Shown: positions 36,442 through 50,020 of the stretch, piece by piece
How the letters are laid out: each line of letters opens with the position of its first letter
Numbering within the stretch: position 1 is the first letter of the stretch
DNA from: Lama glama
Lineage: Eukaryota
Assembly (NCBI GenBank): GCA_028534125.1
Contig: CM052816.1
Span: forward strand, 79,238,001-79,302,000
DNA: 64,000 nt
Direction of reading: 5' to 3'
Notes under the pieces: model-generated
The model's input: only the letters and a program-made list of their open reading frames with translations
Told to the model about the DNA's origin: nothing
Databases searched by the model: none
Program-made: the position numbers and the translations under genes

Positions 36442-39400
36442 GATACAGCCCTTGAACATAATGGGCCCCACAAAGCTGGAGGAGATGCATAGCTGGGGAA
36501 GAAGGAACAAAGCTGCTCACTCTCTGGAATGATTTAAAAAGTCATCTTATTGACAGAAGGAGGGTGTGAAGTAAGCAGTCTTCACTAGAGTCTGCACTGC
36601 TTTCAACCATTTATGGTAGATAAATATACCCTACATTTATCATTTCTTCTTATTTCATGTGAATTTTTATTTGCCGCTCTCTTGGCAAAAAAAAAAAAAA
36701 AAAAGTTTTTTTATTGTCAGATTGCCAGTTTTCCTGAACTTCAGTATAGTGTCCCCTCCTCCCTTGTGTTCCCATCAATTTTGATTCACTGTTACAAAGA
36801 ACGTTTTCTCCTTTTTGGTCATCAAGGTGATCATCACTGTGTTTCACGTTCACAAATAAACTGAGAAACTGGATCCAGAAGTATATTTAACTGTGTTTAA
36901 AGTTAAAGCTATTTGGAAATTTTTAATTTCATCACTTGGGAAATTTAATCCAAAAACTTAGTCAAGAGAATAAAAAAGAATGTTGGAAGTATGTAGGTAT
37001 TTAATGCTAACCATCAACTTAGATAAAGACTTCATCAACTTGAATAGTCTCATTTCTTCAAAAGTTTAGTCATAAGGTATCACTTTCAGTCTTTCTCTGA
37101 TTAACACTGAGAAAAGAAACCAGTGCCATTACCCCTTTCCCTCAACTTTCTAGGTAGATGTTTTGCAATTACAAGAAATGTTTGTTTACAAAGCAGTTAA
37201 GGGATTGACTATGATGCAAAGTAAGAATTAATTATAAATACCAGCAGACAATTAAGAGTTGCTAAAACCATCATTGAAATCCTGGAAATCATGGGTACTT
37301 TCATCAAAAGAAAAGTCTGGAAGTTCTGAATAGTAAGTGGAAAGAACCCCGGGCAGAGAGAAAAGTACGACTCATAGTAGGAAAGCTACCAGCGAAAAAG
37401 CAATTCCCTGAAGGGCTGCATTGCAGTGAGGGAAGGACAATCTTAGCAGGCTTGAAATTAGCTGTAGCCCCTAAAATAGCCCCTGAAATAGCCGGGTGAG
37501 AACGTGCATACGCACAAGGCTTGCTATCCTACATCATCATCGTCGTCGTCCCCTCACCCCCACCACTGCTCAGACATGCGGAGCACTTGTTATATCTCAC
37601 TTAATAACTAGAGCCTTTCTGGTGGGAATCTGAGACTTTGAGATGCTAAATAACCTCCCATGGTCACACCACTATTTTTAGGAGAATGCAGACCTTAACG
37701 ATTCCAAACTAATCTGCCCCAAAGAACACAACTTAGAGATGATGTACTTGGAATGTCAGTTTGGACCTAGAAAGACTCTATCAAAACTGTCTCCATAAGA
37801 GAACACTGAATTCCATCTCAGAGAAACAGACTCCACAAGCTACTTTGACTTCAATGCTAGATAGTCCTCCTGTACTGAACAGGCACACACTCTAGTGTCC
37901 CTCTGTTGCGTTCCCATTGCCTCCCAGTGCTCATGGTAATGGAGTAAAGACCTGTTTATTAGTCCATGTCCTTCATTAAATGGGGGGAAAAAAAAGCTTC
38001 ATGTCTTGAGCATTTCCATATCACCATCATAGTACCTGGTACACAGTTGGTACTCAATCAGTATTGAGAAAATAAATGCATGGGTGAACATTTGTAGTAT
38101 TGGTTGTGACGCAGGAGTCACAGAATCATAACCACAGGGAACTTCACTAGAGGTCTCCTGGTTCAATGCCTCGTGAAAGCTCGCTGAATAAAGACAGCTT
38201 GAAAGTTGAGCTAATTCTTTCATGCAGTAGTGTAGGCTCATTTTCTTTTGTTGAGATCAGTAAACGTCAAGAACTGCTACTCACTGGTTTTCAGAGGAGC
38301 CTTCACATATGTGGAGAACATAACTAAGTTATATGCAGACCCTTTATGTTTTTATAGCTGCACCTGCCCTTGGGTGTCTGAATGGTTTTCCAATGTCTCT
38401 CCAGATTCTTGGGCTCTTGCTTAGTCTAACATCACAGAGTGGGATCTGGAATGCCAGCAGATGTCCATCAGCCTGACTCTCTTAAGAGCCCTATTTATTG
38501 TATTTACTCTAACCTGAAAAGTACTCCCACACTTTCCAAGAGGGCAAATGCATGTGTTGATATTGTTTCAGTGAAACAAATAGGAAAGAATTTTTTGGGG
38601 GGACAAGGTAATTGTTGTGTAAAAGTTTTAAATATGAAAACCATTGGGTTGCTTTTAAGTTTAAAAAGAAGACTGTTAATCATCCTGGGTCAGTATGTCC
38701 TCTCATTCTTATTTCATATAATGAAAGCAAACCACAGTCTTAAACATGTTTTTGCCCCACACTCCTCCTCTTTGGTCCCTTCCCTCATTCTGTTGTGGAT
38801 AACACACAAGTGGCTTGGCCATACATATTCACGTCTTTGCTCTCTTGTGGTGGGGTACTAGGTCACAGAAGCAATAGCTCGACCGTTGTAGGCCACGTCT
38901 TGATTTACCAACATGCTTGCTGAAGAACAACAAAAGGTGTTCAGGTACGAACCTTCAGAGAGATAGGTTTTCCTGTTTACACAGTTTAGACAACAGTTCA
39001 GTCTTGACATACTGGCTTTTATTTTTGTGAGGTGCCAGAAGTTGATTTTGAAGTACCAGAAGTTTGATTTCGAAGTGATGGGTATGCTATGAGACTGAAT
39101 TCAAATGTGTAGAATTTGATCTTGTTTTCCAGGCAATTAAGACAATAAAAATCTTGAGCCAATGTTGAACTGAAATTAAAAGTCTTCCTCACACTTCTCT
39201 ACAGCTTGGTTTTTGAAGTCCAGTTAATCCTAAGTCCTTTATTCCTATAGACCTGCTACCTCTGAGCTGTTAGCCAGCAGCTGTTCTAAGTCAGCACTTT
39301 GGGCCAGACCATGTTGATATCAATTTTTGCTTACGGATACAAACTGCTCTTAACCAAACTGCGGGAACAAAGAGTTTTGTTTAATCTGACACTCTGCCTG

Positions 39401-40589
39401 TGGTTTATAGGTGTTAAAAACTTTTTCCCCAATAAGGGAACACCCAAAATACATGCAATTAGCACTTTGGCAAATATATAATAAAAATGAATGGATAGAT
39501 AGTTTGTCTGGATAATTCTAGAAGGTAAAAACACTGGTCCCTTCAAAACCTAAATCTAGTGCCATTTTGAGATGTATTTCCATGTGTCCCAAATAGAGAA
39601 TATTTTATGTGCAGCAGTGTTCAGTATTAAAAAAGTGATATCCAGGCAAAGTCTGACATAATACTAAAAAAACCTCAAAAAACAACAAAAAAACCCAAAA
39701 AACCAGACCAACCCTGCCAGATAATTTGATGGAGTCCTGCTTTTTAATCCAGGGATTAAAATATTCATTCAGCCATGAATCATCATTCTAGTAAGGTGAA
39801 TTAAACCAGTCACTTAAAAGGAGGTAAGAGTCGACTAAAGGAGCAATTTGGTTCTGAAGGATGATTCCTAATGAATCATTAAGGACACACAAGGAGGAAA
39901 AAGAGGACCACTGAAAAGATGTCACTGTCTAAACAGCAGACTAGAAGAGGCTTTGGTAGTAGCATTTTCTGTCATTTTGCTCCTGTTTGATTGAAGAAGC
40001 GATTCCATAATGATTTTAATTCATGTTCCCTCTCCATAAGAGTTTCAGAGAAACCTAAGATAATTGGAAAGAGGTCAGCCACTGTTGGTAAGTGATTTGC
40101 AATTGTGCAACACATTCCGATCAAAGTAGGTCAAGCCAGAGTCCTGCTGAGTACAATTCTACTTGTGTAAGAAGGAATCTAGCTCTCACAGTAAAAATCC
40201 ACATACGAGATGAAAACAAGGAGGAATACAGTTAGGGTGACACAGCTCTCCTAAAGTGATGAAGTATGAGTTTTGATCTATTCCATGGAATTGGGTAGAA
40301 TGACAAACCCAGCTGGTCAGGCTTCAAGCTAGGATAGAATCAGACAGACAACAACAGTAACAGGAAAAATTACCTTTAAGTCACAGTATCTTTACTGTGC
40401 CACCAAATATGTCAGAATTCTGGTAAATTAGGTAACCTAGAGGAGTGTTTAACTAGGTGATATCAATAAACAAAATATTAACTAGGTCAATACATTTTAA
40501 AAAACCCCACAGAAATCTGAGATGCTATGATGAAGAGAACAACTTATTTTACAAGGACTTACAATTGTTTTTAGAACCAAAAACATTGA

Positions 40590-40705
40590 TATGTGAGTTT
40601 GGTATTATTTACTGCAATCCACCAAATATAGATGATGTTAATTTTAAGGTTCATTCCCATTTCAGAGATGTAACTTGTGGGAAAAAAGTAAATCTTATGA
40701 AAACT
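40590..40705. mobile_element. Possible MER104-like (TcMar-Tc2) fragment
   Basis: catttcagagatgtaacttgtgggaaaaaagtaaatctta resembles the Tc2-family terminus. Confidence 0.35.
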
Positions 40706-41113
40706 GTCTTTGACCAGGAAGCACTTTTGTCATCCTAGTTTCTGTAAATGCACGTTGTTAATAATGTAAACAACAGAACTGTACTGCTTGGAGAGTAATT
40801 ATTGCTTATTCTTGTCCTTAATTCAGAAAGGATTCCTTGTTAAATCATACACATTACTGTGAACCACTCTATGAAATTATAAGACAGGGGGCACTCAAGC
40901 TGTAAAGCACATGACTTGTGAGTGCCGATCCTATGTTTTGTCATGGGATGTCCCGCCCCATCCATGGGTCCCCGTATATCCCCTTGCAGTACAATTTGGC
41001 TGCATTTCCAGGAGGCAGCAACAGGCCTAGAACTCCCGTTTCCAATTGACTTTAATATTCTTAAGGTGCTGGGGAAGTGTCAGAGCGGGACTTTATCTCC
41101 CTGGTGCTTTCTT

Positions 41114-41643
41114 TTTTCTATGTGTGTGGCTTTACATTTTATTAAACATTTTTTTTAAGTGAAGTATAGTCAGTTACAATGTGTCAATTTCTGGTGTACA
41201 GCATAACGTCCCAGTCAGATATATATATATATATATACATACATATATTCATTTTCATTATAGGTTACTACAAGATATTGAATATAATTCCCTGTGCTAT
41301 GCAGAAGAAATTTGCTTTTTTAATCTATTTTAAATATAGTAGTTAATATTTGCAAATCTCGAACTCCCAATTTATCCCTTTCCACTCCCTTTCCCTCTGG
41401 TAACCATATTTGTTTCCTATGTCTGTGAGTCTGTTTCTGTTTTGTAGATAAATTCATTAGTGTCTTTTTTTTTAGATTTACCATATAAGTGATGTTATGG
41501 TATTTTTCTTTCTCTTTCTGGCTTACTTCACTTAGAATGATGATCTCTAGGTCCATCCATGATGCTGTAAATGTCATTATCTTATTCTTTTTTATGGCTG
41601 AGTAGTATTCCATTGTATGAAGATACCACAACTTCTTTATCCA
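41114..41643 (-). mobile_element. Young 5'-truncated L1 (ORF2 C-terminus plus 3' UTR) with an extra 3' segment
   Basis: WIKKLWYLHTMEYYSAIKKNKIMTFTASWMDLEIIILSEVSQ (L1 ORF2 end); TSD CTGGTGC(T/C)TTCTT at 41101-41113 and 41644-41656; internal (AT)n. Confidence 0.92.
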
Positions 41644-43184
41644 CTGGTGCCTTCTTAACCTATAGAAGTTAATGCTCTGCTGGGGAGGGGTGGGTCTGGA
41701 TGGATACATACTGCACAGGGTCAGCTCAATATTTGGGGGAAGGGGACAATGGATCAGAGGTTACGGTTCTACCAGTTGCCTTGGTGATGTCCCCCTTTAT
41801 CTTATTCCGACAGGCTTGCGGACTCCTTATCTACCTGATGGTTCCCACAGATAGGGGAGAGAGGGACACAAAGTTATTTGCCATAGAAGACTAAATGTTT
41901 ACCCCTGGTAGGTGTCTGAAGCCCTCAGAATATCAACTTTTAGAGACTCACCTTAACAAACCGTAAGTCAACAGTACACTCCCCATCAACACTGTTGTGA
42001 GAAAAGGTAATGCAGGTGGCAAGAAAAATGAGACAAGGAAGATGATCGTGCCCTGATCTTTGGCTGGAACTTCCCTTTAGGAAGGAAACTTCTGAGAAAA
42101 GAAGGAAGCAGATAACAGATGTTATGGATGTCTGGATGTCTAGATGTTTTAGGACTTCTCAATTTCCCATAAAAATAAACACTATGGGTGATAATAACTG
42201 AATGTATTATAGTTATGTAATATAGATTACATCTTTAGTTAGGTCTAATAGTTTTGCCATTGAAGTCAAATTAAAATCTGTTCTGCATTTTAAGAGAAAG
42301 AGCTGGAAACCTCTACTCTGATCCATTTCTGAAATGGTTCAAGCATTACCCTGGACTCTAAAACCAGGACTGTGGCTTGGAAACAATCTTTGATATTATC
42401 TGAAAATCTTCAAAACAAAATGCAAGTGTGGCCATATTTTTTTTTTCTAGCTGATCTGCCGTACATGTATTTTAGGTGTCTGTCTGATTGCGCTCAGATG
42501 TGGGTAAGTGGTGGGGAGGAAAAAATGATGTTTCTTAACTCTGCGGATAAAAAACTTCAACTTAGGTGCACCTCACGTACTCTGGTAATCTGTCCCACAT
42601 TCTGCACCATGATGTGGGACAGATACTGCTAATTAGGTGTTTATTTGGGGGGGGGAAAGCCAGCTTTGAAAATAGTGTTGTTACAGGTAGGTGACAACTT
42701 CTGAGTTATATGAAGAGAAATTGGTGGTACTGCTTAGTGAAAACCTCAAGTGGATTTAATCAGTGATGGTCCTTACCCTTATGAGCAATTGATTTGGGGA
42801 ATCTCAAGTCACATCCTCCCTGGCCACTACTGAGATATCAATTTTCACTACCTAATTTTTTTTTTTCTGCTGAAAGCAACCAAATTAGGAAGTATCATGT
42901 AGGCACCAATGGGCTAAGCAAGGATTCTCAAACATTCATACCAAAGACATTTTAAGGCAGTTAAGAGAAGAAGACCATGTTCTGAGTACATCGAAGTCTC
43001 ATGTTTTATCTTAAAATGTATATATACTTTGTTCCCTCTGAGCTGGAGCCTCAAGAATGAAATTTTTGGGTTGAAGACTTCAAATATTTTGAACTCTAAT
43101 AAATGTTGTAAGATTACTTTCCAAAAAACATGTATTAGTTCACATTTTGACCAGGGTACATTAGAGTGATGATAATGTTCTAAA

Positions 43185-43350
43185 TACTTGCTATTCAACA
43201 TGTGATTCGTGGACCAGTCACCTTGGCATCGCCTAGGAGCTTGTCAGAAATGCAGAATCTTAGACCAACTCAAGACTGACTCAGTCAGAATCTGCATTTT
43301 AATAAGATCCCTGGGTGATTCATACATACTTTACCATTTGAAAATCACTG
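43185..43350. mobile_element. MER5A-like hAT-Charlie MITE
   Basis: gtggaccag...ggagcttgtcagaaatgcagaatct...agaatctgcattttaataagatccctgggtgattc. Confidence 0.85.
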
Positions 43351-44559
43351 TTTATATCACTTGCAATCTGTGTTAAATTGAGTGGGGTTTTATTTATCAA
43401 ATATCTTCTCTGGAAGGATAACTAAGGAATTAGTAATAGTAGTTGACTCTTGGGTGGAGCATTGTGGGACTGGCAGATAGGACTGAGATGAAAATTTGCT
43501 TTTCACCATATGTTCTTACAAGCTTTGAACTTTTCCATGTGCTATCTATTTAAAAAAATTTAAGAGCAACTTCTTGCAAATATAACCATTACTTTCCACC
43601 CACAAACCTCCAGGGAGATGGCAGCCCAGTGGTTCCACGTGTTCTCCTCACACGGCACTGCTGACTTTGTCATGTTGGTGGACTCCAGTTTAAGAAGCAT
43701 GGTGGAAAAGGACAAAATTTCCAAGCCCCACACAACTTGCTTTTTGAGGATATGAAAATGTAATGATGTCACCAGGGGCTTATCTGACAAGGGAACTTTT
43801 GATAGGGCAGACAGAGTGAGTCAGTGTCATAGGGCACTTTCAATTTTTTCCTGTAACATCCCCATAGTTTGAACTGTGATCACCATTCCAATGTTAAGTT
43901 TGCAATAACATACAATTTCCTAACACCAGAATTTCATTAAAAATTATTACGACTGAGTCGATTTCTTGAAATACAAGAATTCTTTGATTTGCTAATCAGT
44001 GAGCTTGCAAGCAGGTTTGAAACCTCTCAGTTCCAGAGTCCACACTAGATCTGCGGCTGCCAAGATGAGGGGAGGATTTGAGGAGTAAGGGAGGCAGCTC
44101 TGCTTCTAAAGATTAGAAACAGAGCACCCTTCCCACTCTGTAGCTTCCTGGAAATCTGCCCAGGACAAAAATCCCCTTCTTCGTCCGTGATCCACTGTGT
44201 ATAGTACACTTACTCTTAGGAAACATTTCATGCAGGCTAAACCAAAACTATATGGAAATTCTAAACAGACTCTGAAGATTAAAATACACGAATCTTTTAA
44301 ATCTAGTTTCTCCAGATGTCACCACCTTAAGGTTCTAAATGGCTTGACATTAAGAACAATAATTCGAACGTCTCTGGCCATTGAACCTATCCACCCTTTG
44401 AGGACCATGAGCCTCCTGAAAAATGTTGCTGAAGTGTTCTGGGGCATCTTTGGGAGGACGGAGGTGGTTCTTATATGTGCTCAAAAACAAAGAATCTGTC
44501 ATTTCTTACTTCTCACTGACTTTGTTCCTTTTTTCTGGGCATCACTACTCCTGCCAGCA

Positions 44560-44662
44560 ATTTCTTTCTTTTCTTTCCTTCTTTCTCTCTCTCTTTCTTT
44601 CCTTTTCTTTTGTTTACTTTTCTTTTCTTTTTTCTTTTCTTTTCTGCAGAGTATTTTCTTTC
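44560..44662. repeat. Polypyrimidine (TTTC-like) low-complexity tract
   Basis: About 100 bp almost entirely T/C; source of several spurious K/E/R- and F/L/S-rich ORFs. Confidence 0.9.
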
Positions 44663-47654
44663 TGGGACACTGAGCCCTGTTGTGTGGGGGGTGTGGGGGG
44701 TGGAGGGGTGGAGGAGAGCAAAGCAACAGATCTCTCTTCTAGATGGGAGCAAAGAACTTTGTCTTCTTTCTGTGTTCTCTTTTAGAGCCACATTTCCCAG
44801 GGTTTTAGTGAAACAGCCCTTTAAACATTAACTTACAGTCCCCTCTGGTTCATTGTCATGAGAGGGCTTTTCCAGAAGACAAATCCCTGTAACAGAAAAT
44901 TCACTGTGGCCCTGACCTTGTTACTCAATCTAGCTGCTCGAGCTCCTTCCATGCTCAAGGTATATTTTGTCTCCAGATTGTATCTTCTGCAGATGGGCCT
45001 GAGTCCCAGATTAAGTTTATAGTGGGGTTACTGCTCCACCCCCAGCAGAAACTCTCGGTTTCTGAGAAATAATGGCTTATCGCCTGGATCTCTCTGGGCC
45101 CTTGGACCTAAATTGGAGAGTTCCGTGGCTGAGCAGATCCCACCTACTCAGCTCTTGAAGAGGTTCCTGGGGCAGGGGGCCAGCCAGCCGTTTAGTCACT
45201 GGCTCTACAGCAAGGCCAGTCTTGCCCACCCGTCAGCTATTCTCTTGGCCTCTCTAGGGTGGAAATGGAGCTCAGCTCTGTTCTGTGCAGGAGAGAGCAG
45301 CACTCATCACCTCACAGGGAAGCTGAGGGAGACAAGATCGCTCTCCATCCTCAGGTCCCTGATGCCTTCAGGCAGCTCGGCTGGGGGGGTGTTTGGTGTG
45401 GGTGAGTGAGTGCTGGGACGGAGGTGGGGAGCCAGATGGGGAGTGCTTTGGCCCAGAACGCCCCTAAAATCAGTAACAAGCTTTTCAAATGAGACATTTC
45501 ACTTTCGTAAAGTATCATTTTATTTTTCCAAAGAGTAAAGGGAATGTGTTGGTGGAAATGAAGGGGGACAGGGTGACAGGGTGGGCATGGGGAACACCTC
45601 CTGACCAGGCTCTTCTATCACTGGGAATTTCTGCGAAAGGAAGGGAATGTCTTCTGAAGTGAGTCTGCAGCCAGCTTGGAGAGAGATCCACCAGCTGTGG
45701 TTTCCGGGGCAACAGTGTGATCACAATTGAAGCCCGGTGTTAGTAATCACCACCTCAGTGGCCTTACTCGGTCCTAGTCGTAGGAGGATGGGTGGCTCTA
45801 GGAAGCGGTGCTGGCTTTTTCATTTCAACTGAGCCTTGCAGGTAAAATTGAGACTTAGGTAGAGGGTGCATCGCTAAATGCCCTCCTCATCGAAGGAACG
45901 TGAGGGTAAAGGCTGGGGCGGGTGGTAGGAGGTGTTTGTATGTTTCTGCCTGGACCTGCCCTATTCACCACCAGCAGGTTTCTTCAAGGCTCAGCCTCTT
46001 CTATCCTTCTAGCATGGACAGGAGATGCAGATGACGAGAAAATGGGCTGTAGCGAGGGTCATACTTCTCATCTTGGTCTAGTTCTGCACCCCTGTGCCCC
46101 ACAGCGGGGTCAAATGTCCGGCAGCCTTGGACTTGCAGAATGACGGCCAGAGAACCCTGGCCACTGACAGCCTTCCTTCTCCAAATTATTTTATTTTTTC
46201 ATCCACGTGGTTTGAACATCCAGATATGCTGGGAGGGGCCACATCAAGGCTGCTGTGCCAGGTTGGGTGGTTTGTGCACTGGGAAAATGCGACCATCTGA
46301 GAAGAGAGTGGGGGCTGAGCTTTATGAACCCTGAATTAGACCTGCTGCATCCTGCCATGGGGCTGTCTCAGGCTGCAGGCAGGGAGGCCTCCCAGACGGC
46401 GCCTCAGGGAGAGTCACCTGAAGGTGCCGTAGGAGCTAGTGGTGGCCCTGGGCACGTGGTTTCATTTAATCTGTGAAGCATTGGGTTTGGCAGCCTCTAC
46501 TCTTGCTGCCACAATCATCCTCTGACTTGCTTGGAGTGACCCCTTTTTGGGAAACCTGCCCGTGGGAAACAGATAAGCCACAGGCCACACGAGGCCCGTG
46601 AATATAATTGTTCGGTTCACACAGGGTTGCCCCACAATATTTTAAAATATTGGAACCAATTGGCAAAATTTACAATTTAAGAGACTTTGCATAGGGATCA
46701 GAATTTCCGGCTTCCCACGGCATGTTACTGCCAGGTAATGTTGGTACCAGCCAGTTAGCACGTGACAGCCCTCACCAGGCCCTGTGGTCCTTCTCGTGCT
46801 GTGAGGATGAGGATTAATTGCTGTTTATCATAGTACTTGTACTCTGTTTTCTTGCCATAGAATTTAGAGAACAGCAAAATCTATCCTCTTAAAGGAGGCA
46901 GATTAAAGCCGGACTGACTGAGAAGCCATTGGGAAAAAAAAAACAACAACTGACCTGCTATGTATTTTTAAAATGCCTGCCAAGTCCCTCTAGTATTTGT
47001 GTTTGCAGCCCGCCCTGTCGTGTGAAATCGTCTCATCGTCCCACAGCCCAGGAAACATGAGAAATTCAGTGGAAGTCCGTGCTCCTTCATTGGACCACTT
47101 AATTAAGCTGCTAGGCTGATGGAGGCAGCTTGGTTTATCATGACCCCTTCGCAGTGGAGGGCTTAGCTTGGTAAGTGCCTTCTGGGTCTCCTCTGCCCCC
47201 CTGTCCTCAGTCTAAAGTGTTTGTCAGGACAAAAGGTTTAGAACCTTTCTGCTGAGCTGGAGGCTAGAAGGTGAGTGGGCCTCATGTGATCAGGTCAAGG
47301 CCAAACAGAAGGATATCACAATCAGACATAACGGAGCTCGGAATCGGGGTGAGGCGGGAGGAAGAACAGAGAGAACAGGAGTGCAAGTAAGGCAAGCAAA
47401 GTGACTGCGAAAAAGTCAGGTTAGTAAGTCCGTGGAGTCAGATTTCATAAACCAAAGCCCCTGTCAGTAGCGAGGCAATGCTCAAAGGATGGAAGGTTGA
47501 AGAGACCAATTCTTAACTGAGAGTTGAGGGGAATTTTACACACGTGGTTACACCTTGCGATGTCGCTCCCTGACCCACACAACAGAGGAGCAGCCCAGTC
47601 GAAGGATCAAGGGCAACGACCCTGGAAACAAACTCCTTCCCTCCCACGGAGAAA

Positions 47655-47850
47655 TCCTAGCCTCATACCAGCTGTGCGAGCTAGGGAAGCTCTTTGCCCC
47701 TTTGTGCCTTAGCTTCCTTTGCTTTATAATGAACATAGTAATCTCCCTACCTTATAAGCTTACCTAGAGGCGAGGATTAAATGAGTTAATTCTTAGAAAG
47801 TGCTTAGAAAAGTGGCTGGCACAAGCCAAATACCCAAGAAGTGTTTATTA
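47655..47850 (+). mobile_element. MIR SINE
   Basis: gctgtg...tgtgccttagcttcct...gaggattaaatgagttaat...aaagtgcttagaa. Confidence 0.75.
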
Positions 47851-49359
47851 CTACTCGCCTGCTCTCTCTCCCACCTCCCTTAGGAAAATGCAGCATTTAG
47901 AAATGTGGCCATCAGCTTGGAGGAGGTTGCCCTCCAAAAGAATGAACCGTGACATAGTTTTAGGGTAGCTGCATTTGGAAAGAAATTGCCAAGTTCTCCT
48001 ATAGCGTGAGAAAGCAAAGAGATGTCTTCCAATCCTGGGCACTTTTCCTGTAGACGCTTTTGCAAGAAGCCTGGTGGCAAAGGCTGTCCTTGATTTACAG
48101 GAACTTTATCATGAAACGGGCTCAAATGGCAAAACTGGTGGGCAAAGAGTAAGCCCTCTGCCTTGGGAGTGCATGGAACAGTCGGCCGTAGGCAGAGCAG
48201 AAGGATGTTGTGGTTTCAGCCTGGTTTGTGGGGGCACAGCGAGGTGAGGCTGCTTTAGACGGCGCTCAGTGTCGCTGTCTCCCTGCGGTTAGCATGAAGT
48301 GAGCAAAGACACAACAGCGTTTGCTTGGAGCTCGAGTGCTTGGGGTGCTGCTTTGAGCCCCAGGAGGCCCTTTTGGGGCTTTGAACTGTGGCCACAAGAC
48401 GCTGGTGGCGTCTCTTTCCAGATTTGTTTTGACACATGCTTGAAAACAAAATTTCACTCTGTCCTTATGATGCTAAGAATCTGAGAGTGAATGTGCTTGT
48501 AGGTTTGTTTATCCCTGGCTCAACAGAATCTTTGGTGATGCCTCTAGCAACAGAGTCTGTGTCAGAGAACATGGCAGAAAGACCACTGGAGGCAGGAGGA
48601 GTTATTCCAGCAGGCGACATAAATTTGTTAAGTCAAATGTGCCAGCAAAATACAAGAGGAGACAGAGTAAGTTGCAAAAGGTGTTGGGGGCAGAGTTAGG
48701 GCACCTTTTGTTTAGATAAAAAATGAGTAGGAGTAAGGGAAGGGCTTAGAGGGAGCCCACGTGGTGGGGTGTTGCTGGGCTGACCCGTTCAGGTTTAGAC
48801 CAGGCTCCCAGTGCTAAAAGGAGCTGATTATCATAGAATTCCTGGTTTTCATTGGCATCTGAGCATCATTCATCTTCCAGCAGAGGTACTCCCACGTCAC
48901 TCAGCCTCCCTTCTCCAGAGCTGCAAGGGACCGTTTGGGAAGGAGGAAGGTGACCTTCGTTCCACCTCCACACACACACAGAGACACACACACACATATA
49001 CAGCCTCTGGTACTCAATAATATCAAATGCATCAATGAGTGAAGAGGGATGTCTCCTTTTGACAGAAATTTCAGGAGATGGAGAGTAATTTTTTAGAGAT
49101 GGTCCTATAATCTTATATGTCCCTTTTTCTAGATCTGCAGAGAGAACCAGTTGGATCTTTTTAGTATTATTTGTGTGTGAGTGTATCTGTGTGTGAGTTT
49201 ATACCATGAAAGCTTTGAGGACATTGGATTCTTGAGGGGCCACCTCACATGGCAAATTAGATTCAATTTGCTTTGATAAAAACCCTTTTAGTTTTATTTT
49301 TAGACAATGCTAAATCATACTTCCTTTATCCTGGTTGTGTAATTGGTTATTTGTACCCA

Positions 49360-49610
49360 GGTTGAGCAAACTGGGTTAAAGGATGGCTTTCAGAGTTCCT
49401 ACTGGGTTCCTAGTTTGTGACCTTAATAAATCAGCTGTGCGATTTTGGGCAAGTTATATAATCTCTCTTGCCATTTTCGTTATGTGTAAATGGCAACTTT
49501 AAGAGTACTTACTTCACAGAGTTATGAAGCTAAATGAGATAATGCCTGTAAAGCTCTGAGCACAGTGCCTGACTCACATAGTAAACCCTCAATAACATTA
49601 ACTATTATTA
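49360..49610 (+). mobile_element. MIR SINE
   Basis: gctgtgcgattttgggcaagtta...taaatgagataatgcctgtaaagctctgagcacagtgcctgac. Confidence 0.8.
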
Positions 49611-49699
49611 TCTATTGTTACCTATTATTAACATCTTAATCTTGTTATTGGGTCTTCTTTTACTTATTAAACATAATTGAATTCAAATTTCTTCCAACA

Positions 49700-50020
49700 T
49701 TGTGTCAACCACAATTATAATTCACAGGGATTCTCTCTCTCTCTGAATTTCTTTGCTGATGTTTTGCAGCACAGAGGTGAGCAAGAGACACATGGTCAGT
49801 ATCTCCTAGAGTTAACAGTCCATTGAGGATTCTTGAGGACTCTTGAGTCCATTGAAGAAGAGGGATAATGAATAATTCAAGTAATGAATCTTCTGTATTT
49901 GCTAAAGTCACTCCACCAGTTACAAATTCACTTGTCTTTGCATTTGGTCCATATTTGTTTACCTTATTCCCAAGGATATCATGAAAACATTATGAATAAC
50001 CCTGTAAAATGCCACATCGA
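49700..50020 (-). mobile_element. Possible L3/CR1 LINE remnant
   Basis: ccatatttgtttaccttattcccaaggatatcatgaaaac resembles antisense CR1 RT (AFDKVSHDILVDK region). Confidence 0.45.

Noticed and set aside
39035..39077. About 21-bp tandem duplication (similar small ones at about 37465-37495 and 19057-19115)
   Set aside because: Ordinary slippage duplications; no regular repeat-spacer array, so not CRISPR-like.
44686..44712. G-quadruplex candidate
   Set aside because: Only three separate runs of three or more G; does not meet the four-run pattern.
44197..44831. Overlapping 73-158 aa ORFs, hydrophobic or K/R/E-rich
   Set aside because: Artefacts of the polypyrimidine tract.
46635..46652. 18-bp perfect palindrome CAATATTTTAAAATATTG
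   Set aside because: Low-complexity AT-rich, and probably inside an old DNA-transposon remnant.
48388..48412. Possible CTCF site
   Set aside because: Only a partial match to the core motif by eye; cannot be supported without a PWM scan.
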